From assembly GCA_015520265.1 (NCBI GenBank), contig WAQK01000027.1:1-57931 (forward strand): a stretch of 57,931 bases of DNA. The letters run 5' to 3'. A program made the translations under genes and the position numbers. The DNA is from Pyrodictiaceae archaeon. Lineage in GTDB: Archaea > Thermoproteota > Thermoprotei_A > Sulfolobales > WAQK01. Shown one piece after another: positions 43,658-53,616 of this stretch (positions are counted from its first letter, which is position 1; every line of letters starts with the position of its first letter). Below the pieces are notes generated by a model, which did not search any database, was not told where the DNA came from, and saw only the letters and a list, made by a program, of their open reading frames with translations.

Positions 43658-44933
43658 CCATCGTTTCCTCCTTGAAGAAGCTGTTGAGTCTCTCGGCTAT
43701 GCGCCGTGCCTCTCTGGAGAACCTTGACGCTTTTTCCGGCGAGTAGGCTATCCTGCCAGCCACTATGGTGTAGGCCACGTCGCTGCCCGTGGCAGCGTAT
43801 ACGAGTGCTGACACCAGGTTATCGGCTCTGAGGGGCTGGAGGTGCAGGCTCGAGGCGTCGAGTAGCACCAGGTCTGCCTCGTATCCGGGCTTCAGGCGCC
43901 CGGCCCTCAGCCCCATTATCTCGGCTCCCCCCAGCGTGGCGGCCCTCAATGCATGGAGAGCCTTGACCCTCGTGTCCCAGTAGCTGTGCCTCTGTAACAG
44001 TACTGCAGCCTTCATCTCCCGGAACATGTCCAGCACATTGTTGGACGCGGCGCCGTCGGTTCCGAGGCCCACGGTTATGCCCTCCCCCTGGAGATCGTGG
44101 AGAGGGAGGAACCCGGCCGTGGCCAGCTTCATGTTAGATACCGGGCAGTGGGCTACGGTGGCCCCGGCCTCGGCGACTGCCCGGTACTCCCAGCTGGTGG
44201 CCCACCCCATGTGTACCAGATGGAGTTTCCCCGTGAGGAGGCCCGCGTCCCTCAGGGCCTCTACAGGGAATTTCCCGTACCTCTTCTTTACGGCATATAC
44301 CTCCCTCCTGGTCTCGGCGGCGTGCATCTGGAGACGGGCCCCGGTCCTGGCCGCTATTTCGAGGCCAGCCTCTACGGCTTCTATGGGGGCTGCGTAGAGG
44401 GAGTGGACGTTGACCACCAGCCTTACTAGCCTGCCCTTCTCCAGGTTTTTGGCCAGCCTCAGTGTCTCGGACACCCACTTCTCGATGCTCGTCATGTTCT
44501 CCAGCATCACGGGGCCCACCAGGGCTCTTATCCCCATCTCCTCCGCCACCCTGGCGGTCTCTTCCGGGTAGAAGTACATGTCCACGAAGCCTGCAGTGCC
44601 CGTTGACAGCATCTCCATCACGGCTAGCTTTGACGCATCAGCCACGATTCCAGGCGTAAGCCTCTTCTCGGCCCTCCACACCCTCTCGAGCCACTCCTCG
44701 AGTTTGGCGTCGTCGTGGAAGCCCCTGAAGAGCACCATGGCTGCATGTGTATGGGCATTGTAGAGGGCTGGCATACATATCATGCTATGTGCGTCGAGGA
44801 CTATGCCGGACTTCTCGGTGCACTCACCTACACAGCTTATCTGGCCGCCCTCAAGGTAGATATCCACGTCCCTTAGAACCCCTTCTACAGGGTCGACGGC
44901 GAAGCGGCACCGGCGGACAAGTATGGGCTCCAT
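43614..44933 (-). CDS. mtaD: 5'-methylthioadenosine/S-adenosylhomocysteine deaminase-like amidohydrolase
   Basis: 439 aa. Contains 'MPALYNAHTHAAMVLFRG' (HxH), 'HLVHM', and 'GLGTDGAASNN', which is typical of the MtaD/ATZ-TRZ subgroup. Confidence 0.75.
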   Translation of the reverse strand: MEPILVRRCRFAVDPVEGVLRDVDIYLEGGQISCVGECTEKSGIVLDAHSMICMPALYNAHTHAAMVLFRGFHDDAKLEEWLERVWRAEKRLTPGIVADASKLAVMEMLSTGTAGFVDMYFYPEETARVAEEMGIRALVGPVMLENMTSIEKWVSETLRLAKNLEKGRLVRLVVNVHSLYAAPIEAVEAGLEIAARTGARLQMHAAETRREVYAVKKRYGKFPVEALRDAGLLTGKLHLVHMGWATSWEYRAVAEAGATVAHCPVSNMKLATAGFLPLHDLQGEGITVGLGTDGAASNNVLDMFREMKAAVLLQRHSYWDTRVKALHALRAATLGGAEIMGLRAGRLKPGYEADLVLLDASSLHLQPLRADNLVSALVYAATGSDVAYTIVAGRIAYSPEKASRFSREARRIAERLNSFFKEETMVRGKGASPSGLVSR

Positions 44934-45014
44934 TCCCTTCAGCCTTGCCCAAGGGCCTGTTTTACCTCATTGAAACTAGGGCTGCGGATTTAAACTTTAC
45001 CGGGACCAGGTGTT

Positions 45015-45413
45015 TCAGCGCATAGCCCTCCGGATCCACGTTGCGCCGGCAACAATGTAGCCGATGCCCAAGACCAGTGTAACGCCCAGCACTGCCAAGG
45101 TCTCCCTATTATACGTGGTGGTGATGCTGCCGAGCATGTAGAGGACGGCTAAGTGTAGAAGCCCCGCGAGTATTCCGGCCACACCCACCACGCGGGAGCC
45201 ATGATCCCTGGTGGCCAGGAAGCCTGCTAGCTCCAGAAGGTTGCCCAGAACCCAGAGCGCCCCGGCCAGCAGCAGGACCACGGCTACCAGTACTAGGCCT
45301 GCAAGGCCTGCTTCCGGCTCGGCGAACACGGTGCTTTCGGCCACCAGTAGAGCTGAGGCTCCCAGGACTAGTAGACCTATGAGGGAGAGTGCGGCACCGA
45401 GCCTGGATCCCAC
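45015..45413 (-). CDS. Hypothetical four-helix membrane protein
   Basis: 132 aa with four hydrophobic segments. Lies 11 nt downstream of the 90-aa ORF on the same strand. Confidence 0.45.
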   Translation of the reverse strand: MGSRLGAALSLIGLLVLGASALLVAESTVFAEPEAGLAGLVLVAVVLLLAGALWVLGNLLELAGFLATRDHGSRVVGVAGILAGLLHLAVLYMLGSITTTYNRETLAVLGVTLVLGIGYIVAGATWIRRAMR

Positions 45414-45424
45414 GGTCTAGCCCC

Positions 45425-45697
45425 CTAAATGCTCCTCGGGTACAGGGGCTCCTGGAGGCCCGGCGGCTGTCCCATGAAGGGCCTTGCCGAGGGCTCAGCC
45501 ACCGCTCCGTGGCAGAGCTCCTCTAGGCCCTCCATGTATCGGAGCATCCTGGCGTAGCCTGCCGCTAGGCTCTCCGCCGCCTCGTCCTCACCGTGTTCTA
45601 GGAGTTTTTCGATTGCCTTATAGATGAAGTCGGGTACCAGTCTCCGAGGCAACCGGTGCCTCCTGAGGAGCTCCTGCGCCTTTCCCTCCTCCGGCAT
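45425..45697 (-). CDS. Hypothetical small helical protein
   Basis: 90 aa. First gene of a two-gene unit that is divergent from the HTH-beta-helix gene. No family recognised. Confidence 0.4.
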   Translation of the reverse strand: MPEEGKAQELLRRHRLPRRLVPDFIYKAIEKLLEHGEDEAAESLAAGYARMLRYMEGLEELCHGAVAEPSARPFMGQPPGLQEPLYPRSI

Positions 45698-45861
45698 TGG
45701 TGTTCCCTATAATGAGATTATATCGCTCGGCCTCTCTATAAATTGTGCCCAAAACCCCTTGTGGAGGCTTCTCGACAAAAACCGTAGCGTAACCGCGGCT
45801 ATCTTAGGGAGAGCCCTCCTCATCACCTATATCTATATGGAGACAATACTAACATTGCACG

Positions 45862-47226
45862 GTGGCAACGGTGGGGAATGGGGCAGTCGAGGAGTACTTG
45901 AAGGCCCTTATGCACCCCGTGAGGAGGATGATCATAAGGCTCCTCGCCGAGAAGGGGAGCTTAACGTACAGCGAACTCATGAGGCTAACCAAGGTCGACG
46001 ACTCGGGTACCTTCGGCTTCCATCTCAGAGGCTTGAGGGGCCTGGTCAGGAAGAACGAGGAGGGTGAGTACGAGCTGACCAGCGAGGGTTGGAGGGTCTA
46101 CCGGGCGCTCAAGCACCTGGAGGCCCTGGGCGCCTCTGAGGAGCAGGAGGCGGAGGTTCAGGCTGGCGGCGGGGAGGTTGGGGTTAGCAAATGGGAGGTC
46201 GTGGTTCTCGAGGACAGGTTCCGCCTCGACGTCGACTATGACCTTCTATCGAGGCTGAGGCGGGAGGGTAAGAAGCTCCTGGTACGGGATATCATGACTG
46301 TTGTGATCCACGACGTCCCCGAGGAGCTGCTTGACGGAGTGTTGGAGGGGATAGAGGACTGCGTTACAGTGTATGTGCCTAAACGTTTCCGCTCACTGGT
46401 GCAGCTGAGGTCCCGCGACGTGCTCACATTGAAGGAGTATGAGGGTGAGCCTCCGAAGGGTGAGGGTATCCTGGGAAGCCTGGTCTCCGCCATAGGCTCA
46501 GCGGTTTCGAGCCTCGTGTCGGCCCTCTTCTCCGCGGGCTTCCCCGTCTTCGGCAACAAGGCTTACATCAGGAAGGAGGTGGAGGCGGATGTGAAGGACA
46601 GGTACAGGCTTGCCGTCTCGCTGAAGGCAGGCGCCCTAAGGGTCGAGACGGGTGAGGGGACCCGGCTCGTGGGGGAGGCCCGGATCCGGAGGGAGGAGGA
46701 CTTCAAGTGGCGCGCCACGGCGTCAGGGGTGGAGGCCGAGCTGCAGGGCGGGAGTCTCTCCATAAAGGCGCCCCGGGGGGTCGAAGAGCTGGACGCCGAG
46801 GTTAGAAGCGGCAGTCTCGTACTGGGGCTCGATGCAGGCGCTTTGAGGGACGCCAGCATAGCCCTAAGCGCTGGCAGCGCGTCGGTCCACATGAAGGGGC
46901 TGGGTAGGTGTGTCGTGGATCTTGACGTGAATGCGGGGAGTATGAAGAGCTTACTGGAGTACGGCGCCTACGAGGGTGAATCCTTGATGGAGGTGAAGGT
47001 AAGCAGCGGCTCCGCCACGCTTCGCCTCAAGGTCCCCGAAGACGTGGCTGTGGATCTGGATCTGAAGCACTCAGCGGGGGCGGCGATAGCCGAGGTCGAA
47101 GGGTTCCGGGGCACAAGCTACAGGGACCCCCACTACGACGCGGCCAAAGCGAAGCTGAAGCTCAGGGGCGAGGTTCGTGCGGGGGCTCTCAGGGTGGTGG
47201 TTGAGAGGGTGCGGTCCCCCGGCTAG
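45862..47226 (+). CDS. ArsR-like wHTH protein fused to an uncharged linker segment and a beta-helix repeat domain (DUF4097/DUF2807 'putative adhesin' type)
   Basis: 454 aa. The N-terminal wHTH is 'LMHPVRRMIIRLLAEKGSLTYSELMRLTKVDDSGTFGFHLRGLRGLV'. A 28-residue uncharged stretch follows: 'ILGSLVSAIGSAVSSLVSALFSAGFPVF'. The C-terminal half has a recurring x-(S/A)GS-x pattern (KAGALRV, QGGSLSI, RSGSLVL, SAGSASV, NAGSMKS, SSGSATL, RAGALRV). Confidence 0.55.
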   Translation: MATVGNGAVEEYLKALMHPVRRMIIRLLAEKGSLTYSELMRLTKVDDSGTFGFHLRGLRGLVRKNEEGEYELTSEGWRVYRALKHLEALGASEEQEAEVQAGGGEVGVSKWEVVVLEDRFRLDVDYDLLSRLRREGKKLLVRDIMTVVIHDVPEELLDGVLEGIEDCVTVYVPKRFRSLVQLRSRDVLTLKEYEGEPPKGEGILGSLVSAIGSAVSSLVSALFSAGFPVFGNKAYIRKEVEADVKDRYRLAVSLKAGALRVETGEGTRLVGEARIRREEDFKWRATASGVEAELQGGSLSIKAPRGVEELDAEVRSGSLVLGLDAGALRDASIALSAGSASVHMKGLGRCVVDLDVNAGSMKSLLEYGAYEGESLMEVKVSSGSATLRLKVPEDVAVDLDLKHSAGAAIAEVEGFRGTSYRDPHYDAAKAKLKLRGEVRAGALRVVVERVRSPG

Positions 47227-47666
47227 TCTCCCCAAGTCTGTATGTAGCGGCAGCATCTCAGCCCTCTTGGTAGGTCCCTCATTATCTCCTCGAGGACCCT
47301 TCGGGGCCTGAACTTTTCGAGCACCTCTTCCGGCCTCCTCCACTCCAGCTTGACGTGCTTCTCTATGGGGTCAAGCTTGGTGCCTGCCGGTATGGTGCAG
47401 TTGAAGTAGAAGACTATCTCGTGGCGGAGCCTGCCTCTCCAGTAGTAGAAGTTCTCGTTCACCATGTAGAGGCGGCCCACGGTTACCTTGATCCCGGTCT
47501 CCTCAAGCATCTCCCTGGTGAGGCAGAGTGGAAGGTTCTCGTAGTACTCCAGCTTCCCTCCGGGGAGCCTGTAGAACCCGTTTCTCTTCCCCCGCTGGAA
47601 CAGTATTCTTCCATCAGGATCGACTATTATGCACCTAGCGCTCACGCCGAGAGAATCCCTGGTCAA
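47223..47666 (-). CDS. Nudix hydrolase
   Basis: 147 aa. The Nudix box is 'GGKLEYYENLPLCLTREMLEETGI'. Confidence 0.85.
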   Translation of the reverse strand: MTRDSLGVSARCIIVDPDGRILFQRGKRNGFYRLPGGKLEYYENLPLCLTREMLEETGIKVTVGRLYMVNENFYYWRGRLRHEIVFYFNCTIPAGTKLDPIEKHVKLEWRRPEEVLEKFRPRRVLEEIMRDLPRGLRCCRYIQTWGD

Positions 47667-47717
47667 GGCTCTTCAAGTGTCCATCAGTCCGATTATATTT
47701 AAACATGTAATATGGGG

Positions 47718-49151
47718 CTAGAGGGGGAGGAGCTTCTCGACAACCACCTGAAGGATGCCGAAGGCCAGCAGGACGCTGAGCACCGCGGTGACCAGCAGCA
47801 CCGCCACTTGCTCCCTGTGCTGCACGACCTCGCTGGGCCCATCCTCCGGCTTATCGAAGTACACTGCCCTGATGATCCTCGCGTAGTAGGCTATCGATAC
47901 AACGGTGTTTATCAGCGCTATTAGGGCGAGCCATGGCGCGTAGTAGACTACTGAGGCGAAGAGGTACACCTTGCTCCAGAACCCCAGGAGGGGCGGCATC
48001 CCCATCAGGCTCAGCAACAGGATTACGAAGCTCGCCGAGCTGGCCGGAGCCGTCAGGGAGAGGCCCCTGAACACCTTCATCACGGTGGTTCCGAGGCTCT
48101 CCCTCACCATGGAGAGCAGTGTGAAGGAGCCCACTTTGCTGAGCACGTAAGCCACTATGTGGATCGCTATGCCCATGAGGGCCCAGTCCCTCCTCATCCC
48201 GGGTAGCGGCGCCAGGGCTGCGAAGCCCACCAGGAAGTAGCCGGCGTTAGCTATGCTGCTGTAGGCGATCATTCTCTGCACATCGTTCTGAACGAGGGCG
48301 CCCAGGTTGCCGTAAGTCATGGTGAGTATCGAGAAGGCGGCTATAACAGTGAACCAGTAGTGGGGATAGGCTTCCGCCAGGGGCAGCGTGAGCCTGTAGA
48401 GGGCTGCGACCCCCATGACCTTAGACACGCCTATGATGAAGGCCACCAGGGCCGGGTGCACGCCCCCGTAGGCGTCAGGCAGCCATGTCTGGAAGGGGAA
48501 GACGCCCATCTTGAAGCCCACTGCAGCCACTATGAACACCATCGTCGCCAGCGCCGCTATCCAGGTGAACCCTGTGGGTGGCGCGAGGCCCGGCGCCACG
48601 TGGGTGCCTCTGGCCAGGGCGAAGTAGAATATTATGCCTATCATCAGTAGCGTGGATGAGGCGGATCCCATTAGGGCGTACTTGACGGCGCCCTCCACTG
48701 AGTAGGGGTCCCTGGCCAGCGCGGAGGCGGCGTAGGAAGCCACGGACACCAGGATCCACGCCGTCATCACCACCAGGAGGTCCGCGGTGAACACCAGTGC
48801 GTAGACGCCGAACAGCATCAGCATGGCCAGGCTGTAGAAGGCTGGCCCCGTGATCCAGCTGTTAACCACGGGCCCGGCAGCCACCACGGCCAGAAGTGAT
48901 GCAAAGGTCACTGCGAGTGCCAGCAGGGCGCCGTAAGGGTCTATGACCAGGGTGTTTGAGAAAACGTAGACCGGCCCGCTGCCCAGAGTGGCGTAGGCGG
49001 CGTAGGCCAGTAGCAGCATTAGGAGAGCCGAGACTGCCGCTGCCAGCCTCTGGGCCCACCTGCTGGGCAGGAAGGGTGCCAGCAGCGTGACAGCTAGAGG
49101 TGCCACGAACACGGCTCCAGCCAGTGTCTCTACCCCATTCATTCCTACCAC
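47718..49151 (-). CDS. nuoN: NADH-quinone oxidoreductase subunit N
   Basis: 477 aa antiporter-like subunit and last gene of the nuo string. Contains 'SVASYAASALARDPYSVEGAVKYALMGSASS'. Confidence 0.8.
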   Translation of the reverse strand: MVGMNGVETLAGAVFVAPLAVTLLAPFLPSRWAQRLAAAVSALLMLLLAYAAYATLGSGPVYVFSNTLVIDPYGALLALAVTFASLLAVVAAGPVVNSWITGPAFYSLAMLMLFGVYALVFTADLLVVMTAWILVSVASYAASALARDPYSVEGAVKYALMGSASSTLLMIGIIFYFALARGTHVAPGLAPPTGFTWIAALATMVFIVAAVGFKMGVFPFQTWLPDAYGGVHPALVAFIIGVSKVMGVAALYRLTLPLAEAYPHYWFTVIAAFSILTMTYGNLGALVQNDVQRMIAYSSIANAGYFLVGFAALAPLPGMRRDWALMGIAIHIVAYVLSKVGSFTLLSMVRESLGTTVMKVFRGLSLTAPASSASFVILLLSLMGMPPLLGFWSKVYLFASVVYYAPWLALIALINTVVSIAYYARIIRAVYFDKPEDGPSEVVQHREQVAVLLVTAVLSVLLAFGILQVVVEKLLPL

Positions 49152-51250
49152 CCTGCCAGCCAGGTTATCAGTACGAGCATCACGGTTAAGCCTAGCCAGA
49201 GGAACAGGATGTAGTGGTTGAGGATGCCTGTCTGCATCCTCCTAACCCTGTCGGAGAAGCTTAGCACGCCGTTGACCAGAGAGACGTGGAACCCTGTGTC
49301 TATCCAGTGCTCCAGCGTCTTCCAGAGCAGGCTGGAGGCCCCCATAATGGCCCAGGGCAGGAACCTGTGGTACAGGTTGTCAACCACGGCCTGGTCGATG
49401 TAGTTGTAGATGGCCCTCGAGAGGGCTTTCAGCCCGTCGACCACTACCCTGTAGTAGATGGCGTTTATGAACCACCTGTCGTAGAGGAAGGTGTGGAGCT
49501 TGTAGAGTATGGGGATCCTCGATATAGTCTCCATGGGCTTCGCCACCAGTATGTGGTAGACGTAGAAGGACACCCCTAGGCCCGCCACCACCATGCCCAC
49601 CGATGCCGCCATAAGGGAGACGCTGGGCTCCAGGTGGAGCGGCGTGCCGAGGCCCAGCGTCTTCTCGGAGAGCACCTCGGCGAAACCCTCCTCTAGCTTG
49701 GGCCAGAGGGCTCCCCCAGCCAGGCTTATCACGGCCAGGAGAGCGTAGGGGACGAGCATCAGTTTGCCAGCCTCGTGGGGCGGGTGCTTGGCCACGTGGT
49801 TGGAGGGCTCGTAGAGGAACACTCTGAGCACCATCCTCATGGTGTACGCGGCTGTGAGGAGAGCGGTGATGAAGCCCAGCATGAAGGCCACCTGTGCGTG
49901 GGCCTCGTGGGCGGCGTGGAGCACGGTGTCCTTGGTCCAGAACCCCATGAAGGGCGGCAGGCCGGCTAGGCTCAGCGAGGCCAGCAGCATGGCTATAAAG
50001 GTCGCGGGCATGTATGCGGCCAGCCCTCCCATGTCGTCGATGAACCTGGAGTGGACGGCGTGGATTATGGCGCCTGCCGCCAGGAAGAGGCTGGCCTTGA
50101 ACACAGCGTGGCTCACCAGGTGGGACAGGCCCGCGAATACGCCCAGCGCAGCCGTCCCCGTAAGCGCTCCCGCGGCGGTGGCGAGGAACATGTAGCCCAG
50201 CTGGCTGGCCGTGGAGAAGGCGAGGATTAGCTTGAGCTCCCTGGACACGAGGGCCATGGTGGCCATCATGAAGGCTGTGAAGCCGCCTATTATTGCTATC
50301 CATGCGAAGAAGCCCTCGATGGTGTGGTAGACTTCGGGGCTGGTCACCCTGAGCGCCGAGGCGGCGCCCGCCAGTATGGGTGTCACCCTGAGCAGGAAGT
50401 ATACTCCGGCCTTAACCATGGTGGCGGCGTGTATCAGGGCGGAGACCGAGGTGGGACCTGTCATCGCGGTGACAAGCCATTCGTGGAAGGGGAACTGGGC
50501 GCTCTTTGCCAGCGCCCCCATTATGAAGAACGCCAGGAAGGCGGCCAGGATACCCTTAGACGCCAGCAGCGCCGCCCACCCGGCAGGGTTTGCTGCCATG
50601 GCCTCCAGGCTGGTTGTGCCCAGCATTATGTGGAGGACCGCTATGCCCACCAGGAAGCCGACGTCGCCCAGCCTCGTGAACACGAGGGCTCTTAGGCCCG
50701 AGTGGCTTGGCTCGAACCACATGGGTATGCCTAGGGCCTTTCTTCCCGGGTCGCCCACCCACTTATCCTCCTCGTCTGTGAACCAGTGTCCGATCAGCGC
50801 ATAGCTGGCCAGCCCAGTGCCCTCCCAGCCTATGAACATGGCCACCAGGTTGTCGGCCAGGACAAGGAATTCCATGCTGCCCACGAAGAAGGTGAAGAAG
50901 AACCAGTACCTGGTCTGCCCAGGGTCATGGCCCATGTACTCCAGGCTGTACACGGCTATTAGGAAGCTCAGCCAAGCCACTACGAACGCCATTATGGCTG
51001 CAAGTGCGTCGGCGTAGTAGCCCACAGTCACCCCTAGGCTGGGCACCCACTCGGCGGCGAAGTGGAGGGGCTCCTCGGAGGCCAGTGCTCGCTGGAGGAG
51101 TAGGGTGGAGAATATTGCTGAGACCAGGAGGGAGGCTACCCCCACTAGGCCCTTGGCACGGCCTCCAACCCGGTGCATCAGGAGTACTAGGACCGCCCCC
51201 AGCCAGGGGGCCAGCCACACCATTATGTAGCTCATCGGAGCCTCCTCCAC
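49145..51250 (-). CDS. nuoL: NADH-quinone oxidoreductase subunit L
   Basis: 701 aa, the longest antiporter-like subunit. Contains 'YSLEYMGHD', 'FIGWEGTGLASYALIGHW', and a long C-terminal extension. Confidence 0.8.
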   Translation of the reverse strand: MEEAPMSYIMVWLAPWLGAVLVLLMHRVGGRAKGLVGVASLLVSAIFSTLLLQRALASEEPLHFAAEWVPSLGVTVGYYADALAAIMAFVVAWLSFLIAVYSLEYMGHDPGQTRYWFFFTFFVGSMEFLVLADNLVAMFIGWEGTGLASYALIGHWFTDEEDKWVGDPGRKALGIPMWFEPSHSGLRALVFTRLGDVGFLVGIAVLHIMLGTTSLEAMAANPAGWAALLASKGILAAFLAFFIMGALAKSAQFPFHEWLVTAMTGPTSVSALIHAATMVKAGVYFLLRVTPILAGAASALRVTSPEVYHTIEGFFAWIAIIGGFTAFMMATMALVSRELKLILAFSTASQLGYMFLATAAGALTGTAALGVFAGLSHLVSHAVFKASLFLAAGAIIHAVHSRFIDDMGGLAAYMPATFIAMLLASLSLAGLPPFMGFWTKDTVLHAAHEAHAQVAFMLGFITALLTAAYTMRMVLRVFLYEPSNHVAKHPPHEAGKLMLVPYALLAVISLAGGALWPKLEEGFAEVLSEKTLGLGTPLHLEPSVSLMAASVGMVVAGLGVSFYVYHILVAKPMETISRIPILYKLHTFLYDRWFINAIYYRVVVDGLKALSRAIYNYIDQAVVDNLYHRFLPWAIMGASSLLWKTLEHWIDTGFHVSLVNGVLSFSDRVRRMQTGILNHYILFLWLGLTVMLVLITWLAGW

Positions 51251-51265
51251 GCCTCTACACCCCCG

Positions 51266-52813
51266 CTACCCGTAGACCTGGGACAGGATGGCCATCAGGG
51301 GGTCCAGCATCCAGTAGATGAAGAGGAAGGTCAGCAGGCCCGCTGCCGCCAGCGCCACTAGGGGTAGTGTCAGGCTCCCTCCGGCGTCCCTGGCCTCCTT
51401 GAGGTGGTCGGGCAGGCTTCCGTAGAATATCCTCTTCATGGTGAGGAAGGAGTACGCGGTTGACAGCCCTATGGCTAGGAGCAGGCCGCCGCCTAGAGCC
51501 ACGAACTCCAGGACACCGCGGCTAAACACGTACTCCACTGCTCCCCTAACCAGGAGATACTCGCTCCACAGGCCAGGCATCGGGGGTATGCCGGTGATAT
51601 TCATGAAGCCTATCAGCGCCAGCGCCGCCGTGACTGGCATCTTGGCTGCAAGGCCGCCCATCCTGGGTATACTCCTCAGGCCGTGCAGCATGGTTATCAG
51701 GATGCCGGCGGTAAGGAAGAGGATCGCCTTGCCGTAGGCGTGGACCAGGTAGTGGAGTATCATGCCAGCAAACCCGTAGACCGATATGCTGGCGAGGCCC
51801 AGCATCATGTAGCCCATCTGGGATACGCTGCTGTATGCTAGGAGCCTCTTGAAGTCTGTCTGCTGGAGCGCCATGAAGCCGCCGTAGATCATGGTGGCCA
51901 CAGCCCAGAAGAGGAGTATCGGTGCCATGGAGGAGAAGCCGCTGGGGAAGGCAGTGTACACTATTCTGAGCAGCATCACGCCGCCGATGCCGATCAGGTT
52001 GGGGCTCAGCAGGGCTGAGATCGGCGTGGGCGCCTCGGCGTGCGCGTAGGGGAGCCATATGTGTACGCCGAACACGGCCATCTTGACCAGTAGGCCTATG
52101 GTCATCGCCGCCAGCACAGCCGTGGCGAGGCCCCCGGCTAGGCCCTCGTCGCCGAAGCCTAGCATGAACCTACCAGTGGCAGGGTCGTAGAAGTCGAAGC
52201 CAACGTTGAAGCCCAGCGCCAGGGCGCCGATCAGGAACAGCACCGCGCCCATCTGGGTCCACAGCATGTAGAGGATCGCTATCCTAACCCTGTCGCCGTA
52301 CCCGTAGAAGGCGATGAGCAGGAAGCTGGGTATCAGCGTTAGCTCGAGGAACAGGTAGAACTCGACGGTGTTGGTTGTCATCACGGTGCCCAGCATGGCG
52401 GCGGCGAACATTGTGTACATCATGAAGTAGGCTCCCCAGCCCGGCGCCTTCACCCCCTCGTGCTCCATCTCCTCGAACCTGTGCCTCATGTAGGGCACCG
52501 AGTATATTGCGACGAGCCCCGTGACCAGCGCTATACCCACCAGCACCGGGAACACCATGGCGTCGAAGATCATGGAGAACCTGCCGAGGCCCGGCACGTC
52601 CCACACCCAGGGGTCCCTAACGATCTTGTCTAGGCCGAACCTCCACGCCAGCGCCAGGTATATCACCAGCGAGTACAGCAGGGCGCCGCCGTTGAGCCCT
52701 GCGTGGACGTCCTCCTTCACCCTATCTCCTAGCGCCCATGAGGCCATGGCTGCAGCTATGGGCACTAAAACGGTTGAGAGCAGTATGGGTTGCTCCAATA
52801 TTATCTGCTCCAC
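51266..52813 (-). CDS. nuoM: NADH-quinone oxidoreductase subunit M
   Basis: 515 aa. 'FYLFLELTLIPSFLLIAFYG' matches the NuoM signature region. Confidence 0.75.
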   Translation of the reverse strand: MEQIILEQPILLSTVLVPIAAAMASWALGDRVKEDVHAGLNGGALLYSLVIYLALAWRFGLDKIVRDPWVWDVPGLGRFSMIFDAMVFPVLVGIALVTGLVAIYSVPYMRHRFEEMEHEGVKAPGWGAYFMMYTMFAAAMLGTVMTTNTVEFYLFLELTLIPSFLLIAFYGYGDRVRIAILYMLWTQMGAVLFLIGALALGFNVGFDFYDPATGRFMLGFGDEGLAGGLATAVLAAMTIGLLVKMAVFGVHIWLPYAHAEAPTPISALLSPNLIGIGGVMLLRIVYTAFPSGFSSMAPILLFWAVATMIYGGFMALQQTDFKRLLAYSSVSQMGYMMLGLASISVYGFAGMILHYLVHAYGKAILFLTAGILITMLHGLRSIPRMGGLAAKMPVTAALALIGFMNITGIPPMPGLWSEYLLVRGAVEYVFSRGVLEFVALGGGLLLAIGLSTAYSFLTMKRIFYGSLPDHLKEARDAGGSLTLPLVALAAAGLLTFLFIYWMLDPLMAILSQVYG

Positions 52814-52819
52814 ACTTCT

Positions 52820-53122
52820 TCACCCCCTTAATCTTGATGCACGGGTCACATCCACGGTTCCTGTGAGCCTGAAGAGGAGCACGATTATAGGTATAGCCAC
52901 GCCTATCTCGGAGCTGGTGAGGGCTATGACCAGGATGGCCAGTAGGGCACCCTGCACAGCCTCTATAGTGGAGGCCACGGCTAGTAGGAGGAGGAGCTCG
53001 GCGTTGAACATGAGTTCCAGGGAGACCAGTATCCTGACGGCGTTCCTGTGCACCACGGCGCCGTAGCTACCTATGGCGAACAGTACGGCGGCGACCACAT
53101 AGTACCAGGTTACCGGGATCAC
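52820..53122 (-). CDS. nuoK: NADH-quinone oxidoreductase subunit K
   Basis: 100 aa with three helices. Contains 'SLELMFNA', which carries the conserved membrane Glu. Confidence 0.8.
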   Translation of the reverse strand: MIPVTWYYVVAAVLFAIGSYGAVVHRNAVRILVSLELMFNAELLLLLAVASTIEAVQGALLAILVIALTSSEIGVAIPIIVLLFRLTGTVDVTRASRLRG

Positions 53123-53616
53123 TCCTCATCACCCCTGGCCACGGATATGCCTTCAATCATGATGGTTGCAAGGGAGACTATGGCGAGGATCAGGGGGAAC
53201 CAGTACTTGTCGACTAGGGCCTCGGCCGCCTCCCTGAGCCCCATCTCGACAGGGGCCACGTGCCTCTCTATGCCCATGGAGTTCACGGCTACTATCACGG
53301 TGACGCATATCAGGATGGCCGACACCACGGCTAGGGGGACCAAGTTCTTCAGCATGCCAGGCTGCTCCCTGAGCATGATGACGCTGAAGGCCATGAATGT
53401 AACAGTGGCGCCGACGTAGACTAGGAGGTGGAAGGCCGCAACGTAGCCGAAGCCTAGGAGAGCCATGAGTCCGGCGACGCCTGCGCCGGTCATGCCCAGG
53501 GCTACTGCTGAGTAGACGGCGTACCTGGTCTGGACTGCTATGAGGGCGGAGCCGACCGCTATGCCCGTGAGGGTCAGGAAGGCCAGCTCCTCTAGGGCCA
53601 GGCTACTGAGGCTCAT
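53119..53616 (-). CDS. nuoJ: NADH-quinone oxidoreductase subunit J
   Basis: 165-aa membrane protein located between nuoI and nuoK. Confidence 0.7.
   Translation of the reverse strand: MSLSSLALEELAFLTLTGIAVGSALIAVQTRYAVYSAVALGMTGAGVAGLMALLGFGYVAAFHLLVYVGATVTFMAFSVIMLREQPGMLKNLVPLAVVSAILICVTVIVAVNSMGIERHVAPVEMGLREAAEALVDKYWFPLILAIVSLATIMIEGISVARGDEE

Noticed and set aside
49380-50303. A 307-aa alternative-frame ORF within nuoL.
   Set aside because: Its extreme Arg/Pro/Gly/His composition is typical of an off-frame reading of GC-rich membrane-protein genes.
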